NCBI GenBank assembly: GCA_030141605.1
Contig: JAQGDQ010000504.1
Coordinates: 62,001 to 126,000 of the forward strand
Length of the DNA stretch: 64,000 bases
Direction: 5' to 3'
Source of the DNA: Tubiluchus corallicola
Lineage: Eukaryota; Animalia; Priapulida
Shown: one piece after another, positions 13,002 through 27,699 of the stretch
Position numbering within the stretch: position 1 is the first letter of the stretch
Layout of the letters: each line of letters starts with the position of its first letter
Program-made: the position numbers and the translations under genes
The notes under the pieces: model-generated
The model's input: only the letters and a program-made list of their open reading frames with translations
Told to the model about the DNA's origin: nothing
Databases searched by the model: none

Positions 13002-16000
13002 GTCTTTGTTTACCAGGCCTGGTTAGAATGCACATAGGCATACTAGGAGGGATGTCTAAATGCGGAGGCAGGTGTCCTCCCAGGGCAAAGGAATTACATC
13101 TATATATTTTCATGACAAAAGCTGGTTATTTTCTACTTTAATTTCCCAAAATTTAAAGCAAAACTGGACGCAATCTTAAACTGTAGGACAAACCAATCTA
13201 CTCTTTAGAATATTGAAAAAAATACTATTGTTTCAAAAATGACTTAGGTGAAGGAATTATTACCACACAAATTTCGAGCTTGTGCCACTAGTTGTTCGCT
13301 GTTACATTCATTTTGCCATTCGCTCAGTTCAGATGTTTTAGTTTGTGACAAACTATACACGTTTGACAACTCATGCATGAGCACAGCACAAATAGAAATT
13401 TAAATTTTTATCTTAAAAGAAAACCGGACAATTATGTAAACAATAGTTCAGAATAAAGAATGCTCTAAAATATTGAAAACTACAATAGCTTTTTTGAATC
13501 AATGCTTAGATTAAATAATAATTACCTCGTAAACAAAAATTTTGTTAAACTTTCAAAGCTACGCGCGGCTCAGTGAATCCACTAAGATTGGCAACGGTGC
13601 TTTTTTGTCGCATTCGCATGGCTGTTAAATAGAATGTGGCACGGTAATAACCTTGATCATGAACTGATGTGTTAGTTTCTGACGTCATATGGCATACAGC
13701 CCATTTTCGTGACATCATGCATTTAAGCAGTAACACTTATGCAAACGTGCTTGACATGCAAGGGAAGATGCCTGTCATTGCACAACCTGTGGTTAATATC
13801 TGACGTAAGCAATAGCAGTGTTCAGTTACCGTCAATTAACCTTCTAAGCTAATTATTCAAATATAAGAAACAATTGCTAACTTTTGTAGGCCAGAAAGTA
13901 AACATTTTGGATAGTAAATTAAAATGAGATTGAGTATAAACGATATCCGGTTATACTGTCCTCTTTTAGGATTTCAGTGTTCAATATTGCTTATGTGCTG
14001 CTTCAGCTATTTTACTAGCTGCAATTAAAGTGTTTCTCGCACGAGGAATGACCTTTAACTTTTAATTAATTTTTATTTTAAAGTTAAACTGTAGTACCTA
14101 ACTACATTAGAATTCATAACAACTATCAAATCTAGTTCACAAAATCACATAAATCTTATACACTTTTCAAGTTTTTGCATTTTTTCATATATATATATAT
14201 ATTGTTACTTTTGCAATATGTTACACGAAGTACAAATATAGAAAAATATATAAATAAGCATAAACGTTTAGGCCTGTAAATAATTCATTTTGTTTTTAGA
14301 CAAATTTGTCAGTCCAACTCCTGCACACTGATGTGATCCGTTGTTTGTAAATCATTAAAGGTAGGTAACTTAGTAAGTTATTCAGGGCAAATTTCTTCTG
14401 CTCCAGTCCCATGTGAAACTTATCCATGTACACCTATATTATAAATATTCAACTGAAAGAGTTGTCACAATCTGTAAAGTCAGGTAACAATTACTTGAAG
14501 CCCAGTGGTAGGACGCATATTGAGACTGTTTTAGAGAAGCCAACCATTGGATGGACAAAGATTGTAGGAATGACGTAACTGTACAAAACTATGGTATAAT
14601 TATATACAATACACTTATGGACTTACACTTATTTATAAACATACAATGTTTCAAATTCAGTTTCGCATGACATTTGCACGACAGTAGGGAGAGTAATTAT
14701 GATCCCCTTCTTGAGGTGTTGGAGGGACGGTAAATACGGACTCCCATCAAAGTTTTTCTAATTTTTTTGCCTTTTAGCTGTGACCTAACCTTTGACTTTT
14801 GTTCTAGCCCTAACCGAGTTTTTGGTGTGATGTAGAGTGGTGTGGTGTGGGCGGTGTTCCTGTAGTGTGGTGGGTGTGGTGTGGTGTGGTGTGCCATGGA
14901 TGGTCTGGTGTGTGTTGCAGTTGAAAGTTTATGCACAAAATTCTCTTTGCAGGGCTTTATGCCATGGTGCATCGTAATAGTATTGCACCAAATTTAAAAC
15001 AAAAATAAACGCGAAAAATTCTTTCAATGTGAGTACGATATTTGCACAAAATTCTTACAAAGTAATACAATTAATAAAGCAATTTTTCTGAAACCTACTT
15101 CAGGTACCCCTTTTCTTATCCTTTAACACCGAGAATATGTACCAAATGTGAACCAGAAAGATGGTCTAAATAATAATTAGTTAATATTAATTAAAATCGT
15201 TATTATTAGTATTATAATGATAAGACTAGTGGCATATTTTAACAGTGAATTACTGACAGCCTGAAGAAAGACTCAGCAAGTAGTTAGTGATGGAAACTTG
15301 ACTACAGATGTGGACCTAGAAAATTACTGAGCACACAACTTAAACTATTTTTTACTATCTATTATTAAAGTTATGTAACTTACAAACTGAGTGAGAACAA
15401 CTCTTGAACAAGCCTTTGCATTTTTATTTTCTAAATTCGTTTTTCTCAATACCAAACAGTTTCTCAAAGTAATGAAGCATGCATATGTACGAATAGGCGA
15501 AATTTTTAAAATAGAATAGTTTAACAGTGGAAAATGAACCCTCATTATTATAATATAAGCTTTCGCAATTTATTTCATTAAAAACTTGCTGTAAAACTTG
15601 TTTCTTCTGATTTTTAACAGTTCGTTGCCAGTGGTATTAAATTTGAAGAAGCAGCATTTTTCACTGCACGAAATGAAGGAGGTCATGAGTACAGTCACGA
15701 GGTCACCAGAAAGCGGTAATCAAACACCGGAAACCAAAGACTGCACTTCGTACGTCATTCTCGCTCACTTTCAAACATGCTGCACCTTCGTACAAAACTG
15801 TATACAAAATATACATATGCAAAAATAATATCTGCTGAAAATTGTCAGGTAATGCTTATTGTTTTAATCTGTAAATATGTAGAAAAATCAAATGGACAAA
15901 AAAGAAAATCTAAATGTTTTAACATTCTTTAAATTGCAAATATGTAGAAAAATTAAAATGACGAAAAAGCAAATCTAAAATCTAATTAAAATCCTAGCCA

Positions 16001-16048
16001 ATCTAAGTAATTAGTTAACTAAAATTTCTAAATTTTTAAAACTTCAAA

Positions 16049-18363
16049 TTAGTTTGCAATGGATTTACAAACAAATGAAAACCGTCGTGTACATTTTATA
16101 TCATTCCATTTGTAATTACTGTGATGCATCGCATGTAAACAGTGTTCATTTCTGTCTTTGTTGTTAGGATTTTTCTTTATCCAATTGGTGTATATCATTT
16201 CATGACCATTAGAAACCCAGATCCAGTGACCTTCTCTGTGTTGATCTGTCCCACCAATCCAGGGATGTTCCATGTCTAAAGAAAGGTCAAGGGCACCTCA
16301 TTATTGAGCAAAATCAACAATTAGTTGCAGTTGCATTCCTAAAAGAAGTTATGTTTCTTGTAACTCATGTAGGTACCGAGCATTTGCATTACATGTGATC
16401 CAAGCACAACACTTCTTTATTCTCTGCTATGTTTCACGCTATGTAATGAAATTAGTAAGTAAAACAATCATGAACACAAACTTTTCCTGAATATTATCAT
16501 ACGCCTCACATGCATATACTCCTGAAGTTGGTAATAGGTCCTGACACAAGCAATCAAAAAGTTGTTAGTGCCAAAATACAGCCTTTCACATTGGCCAATG
16601 GAGATGAATTTTATATTAGGTCAAAGGGAATTAAAATAAATAACATTTGATGAAAATATTTCAAATACTTTAAATTGCATGATAGTGAATCTTACGTGAC
16701 ACAGTGGAGAAGTTTGACCCTTTAATTAGTCAAGCCTGTGTTTTTGGGAGAGATTTTAAACTTTAGATTTTTTTGAAGAAGAAAGTTGGTCAATTCAAAA
16801 CTACATACATGACTGCGCAACGTTTGTCACATGTGTTGTGTCATTTTGGTGTTTTGGTATTGATTCGTTGGAAATCAAAATAAGCCTCGTCAAGAGTTGG
16901 ATTTAAATTATATTTGCAATAAATCCACTGTTTTTATAATAATAGAAAATTGATCTCAAATGCATTATTTGAATTCAAACATCGTTTTTTTCTGTGTATA
17001 AACGATACGAATTACTTAAAAAATTTGACTCCCTAATTTAGCAGTTAACTAACAATTTATATGTTTCTCATATATCACTCAGTGGGATTGGGAAATAAAC
17101 ACCATTTTGCTTTAAACTCCTCAATTAACTCGCATTAACTGTGTTCTTTTATTGATGTCAAATTTATAATCAGAAAATGATCACCCAGAAATTGATGAAA
17201 GAAACTGATTTCTATTTGTGAAAGAGGGAATAGTTTGCCAGATCAGTTTTGATTTCTTTTGTAAAATCTAAAGCGTTCTGTTTTAATGTGAATATTAATA
17301 TTAATAATAGTAATTAGCGTTTCCACGCTATTTGCAAAGATGTTACACATCGTCAAAAAACCTATATGTAAGACCACACACCAAGTGCGCCACACCACAC
17401 TAATATGGGCCTTTAGGATAATGAAATTATGGGGCCTCTCTCAAACAGAGCCACCAACTAACTCAATAGCACCTGTCTTGAAAATTTTTGCTCGTGATAT
17501 GACTTAGCGACATTTACATAGCTTGAAGAAAACTTGTTTCAAATTTTTGAGCAAGAATAGACTAGAATAGTTAATTATTGTTTTTTGATAAACATATTCT
17601 TCAAGAACAACACTATTTTACTATTTATTGCAAACCAAATTAGAACATATTTCAACACAACCATAGTGAAAAACATATTTTTATTCCATGTTATCAAACC
17701 TGGAGGGCTAGGCTGGAGCCTTTTTTAGCTTATAGGATAATCTGGGTTTGCCAATTACATAACACAGTAAAATTTGTAAATGATTTAAATAACTTGCCTG
17801 GTCTGGCTCCAAGTTGCTTAGCCAAAAAATTTTGTTCTGCAGGGGTCGTTACAGCTGGCAGGTCTCCACCAAGCTGCTTGCACCATATCACAGCTTTCCA
17901 CCAATCTATCTTTGGCGTTGCGAAAAACTGATAGCAATGTCCATTGTAGAACATTCCACCTCTTGGACAACAACTTGCGTTTGTCCTGGACTAGAGGAAA
18001 ATGAATAATCGATCTGATAAAACAGACACCAAGTGCTTAAATCTTTGCTTAAGAGGGTGCTGGCTGTTATTTTTCTTTTAAGCATTATTTTCTTTACGAC
18101 TATTCGGTAATATGCATTTTACAAAAGAGCACATAAATAAACACATTTAAAATATAGAATTTTTCCGTGGAGACCTTAAGCAAACTGTTAATAAATAATT
18201 ATTTCTTAATTTACTAGCAGTACTAAGTGTTAAGACGAACAATTGTTTGCATTGACATACACGTAGTTACCTTGTTAGCTTCTCTTTTACTGCCTGCGCT
18301 TGAACTTTGAAGAGTCACCAAGAAACACAGTAGTAATAAGTCTATCAATATAGGCATATTCAT
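16049..18363 (-). CDS. C-type lectin B, secreted single-CRD (perlucin-like), 170 aa; exons 18363-18271, 17990-17798, 16275-16049
   Basis: Signal peptide MNMPILIDLLLLCFLVTLQSSSA; WIGG, EHC, WND, FVC motifs; same exon phases as copy A; donor CAG|GCAAGT at 17798/17797. Confidence 0.9.
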
Positions 18364-21300
18364 TGCGCGTATTGTAACTATTGTCAAGACGAAGGTGAAC
18401 TACAAAAACAACTTTTGCAAAATCAACTAGCGGCAAAAAATAAAAAAAAGGTAAAGTGAAATTTCAGATTGCAAAGAGTTTGCATAATATTGACTAAATA
18501 GATTTCTTAATGTGCAAATCTGTTAAAGTAGATTTGTTAAAGTTGTTAAAATCTTCCCTAAGATTAAATTATATGCTCAAAACATTCTGAGAAAAATCGA
18601 AAATTTTTAGAAATGTTCAGATTTCTGATCATCACTATCGTCGTTGTTGTCGCCATTATTATCATCATCATCATCGTCATCATAATATCTTTTCTATTAT
18701 CATCATTATCGCAATTACAGAAGAACCTGAATTAAAACTCATTGAAAGATAATCAATCAACAGTATTATGTTTTACAAATAACGTTCATTTAACTTACTG
18801 TTTAAAGTAGCACTCAGTAAACTGTCTATTGCAAAATTGTAATTATAACACTGAAAAACTCTTGCCAAATCTGCACGATTCTAAATTACTCGTCCTACAA
18901 GCTCCAAAATGTGTTAAGTTGAAAACGTGATTGTTGGATTTTCTATTGTGAACATTTTAGAACCTTCTCTTTTTGAAGCTCTCTGCATCTCTCTTTGTTG
19001 CGTTTTGCGTTTAGAAGTCTTTGTTTATCAGGCCATGTTAGAATGCACATAGGAATACTAGGAGGGATGCCTCAACGTGGAGGCAGGTGTCCTCCCAAGG
19101 CAAATGAATTACATGTATATATTTTCATGACAAAGGCTGGGTATTTTCTACTTTAATTTTCCAAAATTTAAATCAAAATTGGACGCAATCTTAAACTGTA
19201 GGACAAGCCAATCTACTCTTTAGAATATAAAAAAAAATACCATGGTTTCAAAAATGACTTAGGTGAGAGAATTATTACCACACAAATGCAATTTCGAGTT
19301 TGTGCCACTAGTTGGTCGCTGTTACATTCATTTTGCCATTCGCTCAGTTCAGATGTGTTAGTTTGTGACAAACTATATACGTTTGACAACTCATGCACGA
19401 GCACAGCACAAATAGAAATTTTAATTTTTATCTTAAAAGAGAACCGGGCGGTTATGCAAACAATCGTTCAGAATAAAGAATGCTCTAAAATATTGAAAAC
19501 TACAATAGCTTTTTTGAATCAAAGCTTAGATTAAATAATAATTACCTCGTATACAAAAATTTTGTTAAACTTTCAAAGCTATGCGCGGCTTAGTGAATCT
19601 GCCAAGATTGGCTACGCCACTTTTTTGTCACATTTGCATGACTAACAAATAGAATGCGGCACGGTTATAACATTGATCATGAACTGCTGTGTTAGTTTCT
19701 GACGTCGTATGGCGTAGAGCCCATTTTCGTGACACCATGCATTTAAGCAGTAACAGTTAGGCAAACGTGCTTGACACGCAAGGGAAGATGCCTGTCATTG
19801 CACAAACTGTGGTTAATTTCTGACATAAGCAATTGCAGTGTTCAGTTACCATTAATTAACTTTCTAAGCTAATTATTCAAATATAAGAAACAATTGCTAA
19901 CTTTTGTAGGCCAGAAAGTAAACATTTTGGATAGTAAATTAAAATGAGATTGAGTATAAATGATATCCGGTTATACTGTCCTCTTTTAGGATATCAGTGT
20001 TCAATATTGCTTATGTGCTGCTTCAGCTATTTTTACTAGCTGCAATTAAAGTGTTTCTCGCACGAGGAATGACCTTTAACTTTTAATTAATTTTTATTTT
20101 AAAGTTAAACTGTAGTACCTAACTACATTAGAATTCATAATAACTATCGAATCTAGTTCACAAAACCACATATATCTTATACACTTTTCAAGTTTTTGCA
20201 TTTTTTCATATATATATATATATTGTTACTTTTGCAATATGTTACACGAAGTACAAATATGGAAAAATATATAAATAAGCATAAACGTTTAGGCCTGTAA
20301 ATAATTCATTTTGTTTTTAGACAATTTTGTCAGTCCAACTCCTGCACACTGATGTGACCCGTTGTTTGTAAATCATTAAAGGTAGGTAACTTAGTAAGTT
20401 ATTCAGGGCAAATTTCTTCTGCCCCAGTCCCATGTGAAACTTCTCCATGTACACCTATATTATAAATCTTCAACTGAAAGAGTTGTCACAATCTGTAAAG
20501 TCAGGTAACAATTACTTGAAGCTCAGTGGTAGGACGCATATTGACACTGTTTTAGAGAAGCCAACCATTGGATGGACAAAGATTGTAGGAATGACGCAGC
20601 TGTACAAAACTACGGTATAATTATGTACAATAGACCTGTAGGCCTACCCTTATTTACAAACATATAATATTTCACATTGAGTTTCGTATTACATTTGCAC
20701 TACAGTAGGGAAAGTATTTATCATCCCCTTCCTGAGGTGTTGGAGGGAGGGTGAATACGGACTCCCATCAAAGTTTTTCTAATTTTTTGCCTTTTAGCTG
20801 TGACCTAACCTTTGACCTTTGTTCTAGCCCTAACCGAGTTTTTGGTGTGAAGTAGAATGGTGTGGGCAGTATTTGTGTAGTGTGGTGGGTGTGGTGTGGT
20901 GTGGCATGGATTGTGTGGTGTGTGTGTTGGTCTTGAAAGTTTATGCGCAAAATTCTTTTTGCAGGGCTTTATGCCATGGTGCATCATAATAGTATTGCAC
21001 CAAATTTAAAACAAAAATAAATGCAAAAAAGTCTTTCAATGTGAGTACGATATTCGCACAAAATTGTTACAAAGTAATACAATTAATAAAGCAATTTTTT
21101 TGAAACCTACTTCAGGTACACCTTTTCTTATCCTTTAACACCGGGAATATGTACCATGGGACAAATGTGAAGCAGAAGGATGGCCTAAAATAATAATTAG
21201 TTAATATTAATTAAAAACGTTATTATTAGTATTATAATGATAAGACTAGTGGCGTATTTTAAGAGTAAATTACAGACGGCCTGAAGAAAGACAGAGCAAG

Positions 21301-22590
21301 TAATTAGTTATCGAAGCTTGACTACTTGGCATTGGATTCATAAATGGAAGAAAATCATGCCGTACAAGTCGTACAGACAGGAGGCTTTGGCGAACTCAAA
21401 ATTCGCACAGTATTTCAACATCTGAAGTTTTGCTTCATGGTTTGTTTATTGAATAATTTTCCCACTGTCAGGTGAAGTTTCATAATCATGTGTCGTAATT
21501 ACTGAGTCAGCGTTTTCTTACCTTATAAAATATTTCAGGTCCGTAAGTTAGCAGTATATGAAACTGATTGACTTTCTTAACGTTTCTTAATATTGCTTTG
21601 GCGTGGTAGATTTTCTTGTCAGACGTTTTGAGTTGAACAGTCTGATTGTTAGGGTTAGCAAACGTCTGTATGTCTGTTCTATGATTTTTAGGGTAAGTTA
21701 GCAAACGTCTGTGTGGCTATTCTATTTGTCAATAATATTAACGATTCCTATACTCCTTATTTTGGTCGTGCTGTCATGTTTTGGACTGGTTAGTTTCAGA
21801 CCATTTGCGGGACACTCGCGTGAAATCACAAAACTACATCAATGACACAATGTGTGCAGCCTGTAACGAACAAGTTCCACAACGTTCTTAGTAAGCTGAG
21901 TGCAGTACGTTGCTCCCTGTTAGCTGCTATTGCCTGTTAACCAGCAATCAAGTTGGGGTAGAGAACAGTTTAACGTGAAATGAATTACTGAGCTGTCGTA
22001 TGGGTGCTATGAACCATGAATTTATTTCACACATCAAAAAATACAATATCAAACACATTAATAAATTTAAAATAAAATAATTTGAGTAGTCCACGGCGGG
22101 TGTTCAACCATACGGTCATTAACACGCTCACCTTACTTAAATGAAAAAATGATTATAGTCATGCATGCTTCTGTAGGTAACTTAATGTAAATAAGGATGA
22201 AGTAAATGATTTAATAATAGCAATGGTATAAGAGCAATAAACATGAATTGTTACAAATCTGTCAATGCACCACTTACTCGTATTACAATACACCATATTA
22301 CTTACTTGTATATACAATTATATATATGTACCCAAATTTAAGTGGTGGAGAAGAGATTAAATTATACTTGTAGTAATAACTATAATTGTATAGAACATTT
22401 AAATATAATTCATGGTAGTAATGTAGCCGTCATAACCATTTAAGAATAGGTTATGGGGAGGGGAGGGGCAAATTATAAGAATATAAGTGATTCATTAGCG
22501 AAATTAATGCTACAATAATACATTCAAAATTTTTTGTATCATGAGGAAAATAATGTTGGTTATGTATGGGTGAAGAGAGGCTATGTGTTC

Positions 22591-22950
22591 CGAAATGCTG
22601 GCGCTAGTGCCCGTCTACCTAACGAATGGCGAAATGCAGGCGCTAGTGCCCGTCTACCTAGCGAATGGCGAAATGCAGGCGCTAGTGCCCGTCTACCTAG
22701 CGAATGGCGAAATGCAGGCGCTAGTGCCCGTCTACCTAGCGAATGGCGAAATGCAGGCGCTAGTGCCCGTCTACCTAGCGAATGGCGAAATGCAGGCGCT
22801 AGTGCCCGTCTACCTAGCGAATGGCGAAATGCAGGCGCTAGTGCCCGTCTACCTAGCGAATGGCGAAATGCAGGCGCTAGTGCCCGTCTACCTAGCAAAT
22901 GGCGAAATTCTGGCGCTAGTGCCCGTCTACCTAGCGAATGGCGAAATGCA
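22591..22950. repeat. 39-bp minisatellite, ~9 copies, inside a truncated K1 element (to ~23100)
   Basis: Unit CGAAATGCAGGCGCTAGTGCCCGTCTACCTAGCGAATGG occurs once in the K1 copies at ~3208-3247 and ~59368-59405; K1 right end ...GGTCTTGCT|TTAA at ~23100. Confidence 0.92.
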
Positions 22951-24012
22951 TGTAACAGCAAAGAACTAGTGGTGCGAATGTGAAATTGCATTTGTGTGAT
23001 AATAATGCTTTCATGTAAGTCGTTTTTGACAAAATAGTATGTTTCCTTTTAATCTTTTAAAGACTAGACCTACAGTTTAAGATTGGGTCTGGTCTTGCTT
23101 TAAATTTCATTACTACTCGTCTTCCAACACTGACGACAGAGTATTTGGTCAATTAGCAAAGCAAGTTGCTTTGCAATTTTGTTGAAATGTTTAGGAGTTA
23201 ATCTTAATTCCTGAAGTTCTTTGGCAAGCGTTGAATTGTCTAATTTAAAATATGTAGATCAAAAAAACGTGGGTACTAAAAGACTGCAACTCGTTTATAG
23301 CTTTGGCCAGAGGCTTATTAACCAATGGACTAACTAGGCTATAGCCTAGGGCGCCAAAGTTTGAGAGCGGCACATTTTAGAAAAAAATTCTTATTCTCCT
23401 CGGAAGATCTGTAATCTTTCGTATTCATGCAAAGGGCACATATTATAACACACCACAGACAGTTACTGAGCGCTGCTTTTATATAAGTGCTACATAACAG
23501 ACAGGTACAAGGTAGTACACAAGAAGCAGTTGCGCAGTCTGCTTTAATGTAAATGCTATGCAAATACGTGTAATTAATAATGACACATAGAAACTAGATT
23601 AATAGTGTTTCTAATACGCCACAAGTAATTGTTTAACCTGCTTATTACATAAACAACAATTAATTCACAATAGAGATGGGCGGGACAGAACTATCAGCTT
23701 AGGAGGTGGTAAAGTCTTGATGCGCCCCTGACTTTGACACAGACATTCATAACTCCTATGTGTTCTTTTCAGAACAATATCAATCTTCGCACGTACAAGA
23801 CGTTCGTTTGTCTCCATTCGCAGCATTTCTGAAAATTTGGCTGTCGGCAGCGGAGATGTGAAAGAATTGCTGTGCCGCCCATGTATGGTAAGCTTCGTAA
23901 GTCTGCCAACTTTTTCGTGTTAATTTATCGATGTGAATGTGATTGAAAAGAAAGTGTTCGTGAAACGTACTCATGGTTTTCGAAAATTCAATGTGTTTTT
24001 GTACTGTAGTGC

Positions 24013-24135
24013 CAGGACCTATTTCAAGGGGAGGAAGTGGGGATGTTTCCCCGGGGCCTCACTCTCCAGGGGGGCCTCGCGCCAAAGTAACATTTTTTTG
24101 CTTTAGGCGAACATACTGCCTGCTCTCTCCCTCTC

Positions 24136-24207
<72 letters not shown>

Positions 24208-24427
24208 CCTCTCTCTCGTCGCACACGCACCATTTGCCAGTATTGACAAGTATTAAGGACTGGTCTTGAGAATAAAGCAGTTTTTCTTTCGATTGTTCTT
24301 TCCTTTAACAACTGTATAACTCCATATTTTCTCTTCGAAAAAGCTTCTCCGGCGTTCTAGCAGTTCAAAAATTTTCTGGGCGCCAACCATGGTACCCCGG
24401 GCCTCGCCTAGGCTGAAATAGGCCCTG
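24013..24427. mobile_element. hAT-type MITE with internal (CT)n
   Basis: TIRs CAGGACCTATTTCA / TGAAATAGGCCCTG; perfect 8-bp TSD TGTAGTGC at 24005-24012 and 24428-24435. Confidence 0.85.
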
Positions 24428-25189
24428 TGTAGTGCCATAACAATTGATGTTTGCTGGCTAGCTAAACGGGTGTTACCAGAGCTGAAATTACAAGCCGAAA
24501 GTGAAATTTATGAAACACGGGCAACCAATACCGAACCGAAAGTATTTTTGCAAAACCGTTTACTGTCAAAACTGGAACAAATTCTGAAATAAGTAAAACG
24601 CTTCATTTTTGCTTTTTTGCTTTTTCTGCTCCGATACAAAAATTAATGAAGTAGCTACGTAAAAAAATTTGAAACAAAAAAGTAGAACAATGTTTGTGGC
24701 CATAGTTGATGATGCTTGAAAAATTTTGTTTTTTAAATGTTTTGTTGCCTATATTTCATAAATTATAAAATTAATCTTTGTTTTATTCGAATTAAATTTT
24801 CATATTTTGGTTGATTGTGCCTGGAGACCTTAAAGGTTCACAGTCGTCAGCGCTAAAGATGTGCCGCATTGCCGTAAAAAGCATGGGATAAATGGTACCA
24901 AAATGAACGATATTTACACTTTATTTGAACTATTTTAACCAAAATGTTTCAGCGATTTTTAACATCAAAGAGAAAAAATAATACTACCAAAACCTCGGGG
25001 GAAAATGCCGCTTAAAATTGCGTAAAGTTTTTTATCGTAAGCTGAGCCGAAAATGCAGTTATCTGCAAACTGAAACGAAATTCTTGTTTCGGTAACATCT
25101 CAGGCACCAGTGTCACTGACCACATCGCCTGTAGAAGACTTATCCTACTCCTGGTCCAAATGCAAAACTCGAAACTACATTTTTATTGT

Positions 25190-25590
25190 AAATGCAATGT
25201 CTGTTATTCGTATACTTTGTCATTTGCGTTTTTAGAATGGTAGCTCATTAATTGTACATGTAAATGTAGTCTATTATTTGCATTTGTAGAATAATAGGTA
25301 ACTAGCTGAAAATGTGTGTGTGTGTAGTCTATTATTTGCATTTGTAGAATAATAGGTAACTAGCTGAAAATGTGTGTGTAGTCTATTATTCGCATCTTTA
25401 GAATAACATTTCGCTAATTGAAAATATAAGCGCCGTTTGTCATTTGCGTATTTGAAATGGCAGCCCACAAATTGGAAACTTAAGTGTAGTCTGTTATTCG
25501 CATCTTTCGAATAGCAGCTTACTGATTGGAAACGTACATGTAATTTGTTATTCGCATTTTTGGAATAGCAGTTCACTGTTTGGAAACGTA
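25190..25590. repeat. Degenerate ~55-59-bp tandem repeat
   Basis: GTAGTCTATTATTTGCATTT motif recurs about 7 times. Confidence 0.7.
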
Positions 25591-25829
25591 ATTACAGCAA
25601 GTTTTTAGTTGTCTTCTTCGGTGGTTTTTCAGGCCACAAATCAATGATTTCATTTTCTTAATTATGCATCCATCCATCCATCCATCTTTGCTTGGTGATG
25701 TAACTAAACTCTTAAAAAATTCATCTTGCTTATAAATAAGTCATTGTTAAATAACAGTGTGTAACTTACATGTTTCTGTGCAGTTGCGAGAAAGTATCCC
25801 ATGCTCACCAACAGAGCCTGCTTAAATGC

Positions 25830-26060
25830 TTATGGCATGACCGATACCTAGGTCATTGCCAAGTTCTCTGAGATGAGACACTGAACCAGAAGAGGTGTCA
25901 TTGTAACATTCTTTTCCTCCCTCAGCTCGAAAGGGGCATAGTAGACTATAGAAATCCCACAGCAGTGATTATCCTAGTACTCACCTCTCCATTTGCTGAC
26001 CCGACCCAGTGTTATCTAACGTCGGTTGTGAGGCGTGCACTGTGTCCACTTCACTATAGT
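25830..26060 (-). mobile_element. SINE with 5S rRNA-like head
   Basis: Minus strand reads CCGACGTTAGATAACACTGGGTCGGGTCAGCAAATGGAGAGGTGA, resembling the 5S internal control region; body shared with 28782-29020 and 4449-4630. Confidence 0.5.
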
Positions 26061-26870
26061 TTCTACGATGTGGTTCATTCCGGGGATGTTACTGAAATGA
26101 AATTTTTAGTTCGGTTTTTTGATAATTATATATAATTACACTTTCGGTTAAATTTCGGTTTTGATATAAATTTAATAGGTTTCGTTAATAATTTTGGTAT
26201 AATTTTTCCGAAGTTTCACTAGCAAATATCCAATTTAGCTTTTCTTTTCTCCTAGATGCCAAAAAAATGATGAAAAATTTTGGCTAAATTAGTTCAAATA
26301 AAGCGAAAATTTCGTTTACATAACGCTTTGTAACACGTGTTTACCGGCAATGTGGCATATCTTCAGTGCTGACCACTGTTAAGTTTTATGGTCTCTAGGC
26401 CCAATCAACCACGTTTGATTTTACTTGAGCAAAATTACTTTTAGTTTTATAATTTATGAACTACAAGCAAGAAAATGTTTACAAAGTAAAATTTGTTTAT
26501 TTCAATGAAGCATTATGTTCTTTAAACATTAATCATTACCGATACTCAAATCCAAAAACATTGTAACACATTAATATTTGTATTGTAAGCCACTTTGTAA
26601 ATGGCTTCTTTGTAAACTTGAGGTTCTATATTATGAAACCTCTTTGTGTTTTGCATTTGAATTTTTTGTCAGTAATTTTGCATCACGGGAAACAGAAAAG
26701 AAAACGAAATATTTTACTTAATTATTTTAGAATGTTCTTCTTTCGGTTTCAATAGCAGTTGGTTTCAAATGCAAAAATGCTTCTGTTCGGTTTCCTACGT
26801 TTGATAAATTTCTGTTTCGGTTTGATAAATTTCAGTTTATGCTGTCTATTTGCTGCCTGTTTTAACGTAG

Positions 26871-27022
26871 GACAAAGTTGAGTATTTTCAGAGTGGCAAA
26901 GTTGAGTGTTTACAGAGTGACAAAGTTGAGTATTTTCAGAGTGACAAAGTTGAGTATTTTCAGAGTGACAAAGTTGAGTATCTCAGTCTGACAAAGTTGA
27001 GTATTTTCAGAGTGACAAAGTT
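26871..27022. repeat. 24-bp minisatellite (GTGACAAAGTTGAGTATTTTCAGA), ~6 copies
   Basis: Directly visible. Confidence 0.9.
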
Positions 27023-27699
27023 GTTATTTCTAAGCTGAAATAATCCGCATTGAAGTTGAGGTGCAGGCTGCACACTGAAAAACATAATCTTGAGCAAATC
27101 ACTGTTAAAGTCAGCCATTGTTTTTTGTCACGTTTCTACAAAACACTTAGCAACCGTAAGAATATTGGTTGCTATGGACGTTGCGAAAGCACTTAGCAAC
27201 CGTAAGAATATTGGTTGCTATGGACGTTGCAAAAGCACATTGAAGTTGTGTTTAAATCCAGTATATGGCTCTTCCTGACGAAGATCTTAGCTTGACAATA
27301 GAAAAACCGGAAGCGAAATAACTACTTTCAGAAAGTACTATCGGAATTTGAATATACAAGTTTTTTACAATTGCAGTACTAGTTTCTAGACGGAAAAATG
27401 AGTACGAGGTTATAAAATTAGATTTTTAGTATTTTTGAACACTTTCTTGATATTTTGATGCTAGAATATTAAGGTCCAATATATTTAGTATTTGTTTTTG
27501 TAAACATTTATTCAACAAAATTTTTGGTGCATTCTACTTTGAAGCATGGTAATGTAATTTTAACTATTCCGACGTATAGACGATTTTGGTTTGCAAGCGT
27601 ATGCATTGCTTAGCATCACTCTTATCTGCTCATAAGACTCATGTAACTACAAAAGAAAATTCCTAGTTATTTAAAATGTTTGCAGTATCTAGTAGGATG

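Larger units (their letters stand above)
24470..26835. repeat. Pair of diverged inverted elements (~24470-25100 and ~26082-26835)
   Basis: 24811-24880 is the reverse-complement homolog of 26341-26410; inner ends ...TTTCGGTAACATC and GATGTTACTGAAA.... Confidence 0.65.

Noticed and set aside
22534-22991. CRISPR-like array, or 13-aa repeat protein (RNAGASARLPSEW)n
   Set aside because: Units are contiguous with no spacers, there are no cas genes, the context is eukaryotic, and the unit derives from the K1 transposon.
25950-26060. Functional 5S rRNA gene
   Set aside because: Only partial, diverged similarity, attached to a repeated SINE-like body.
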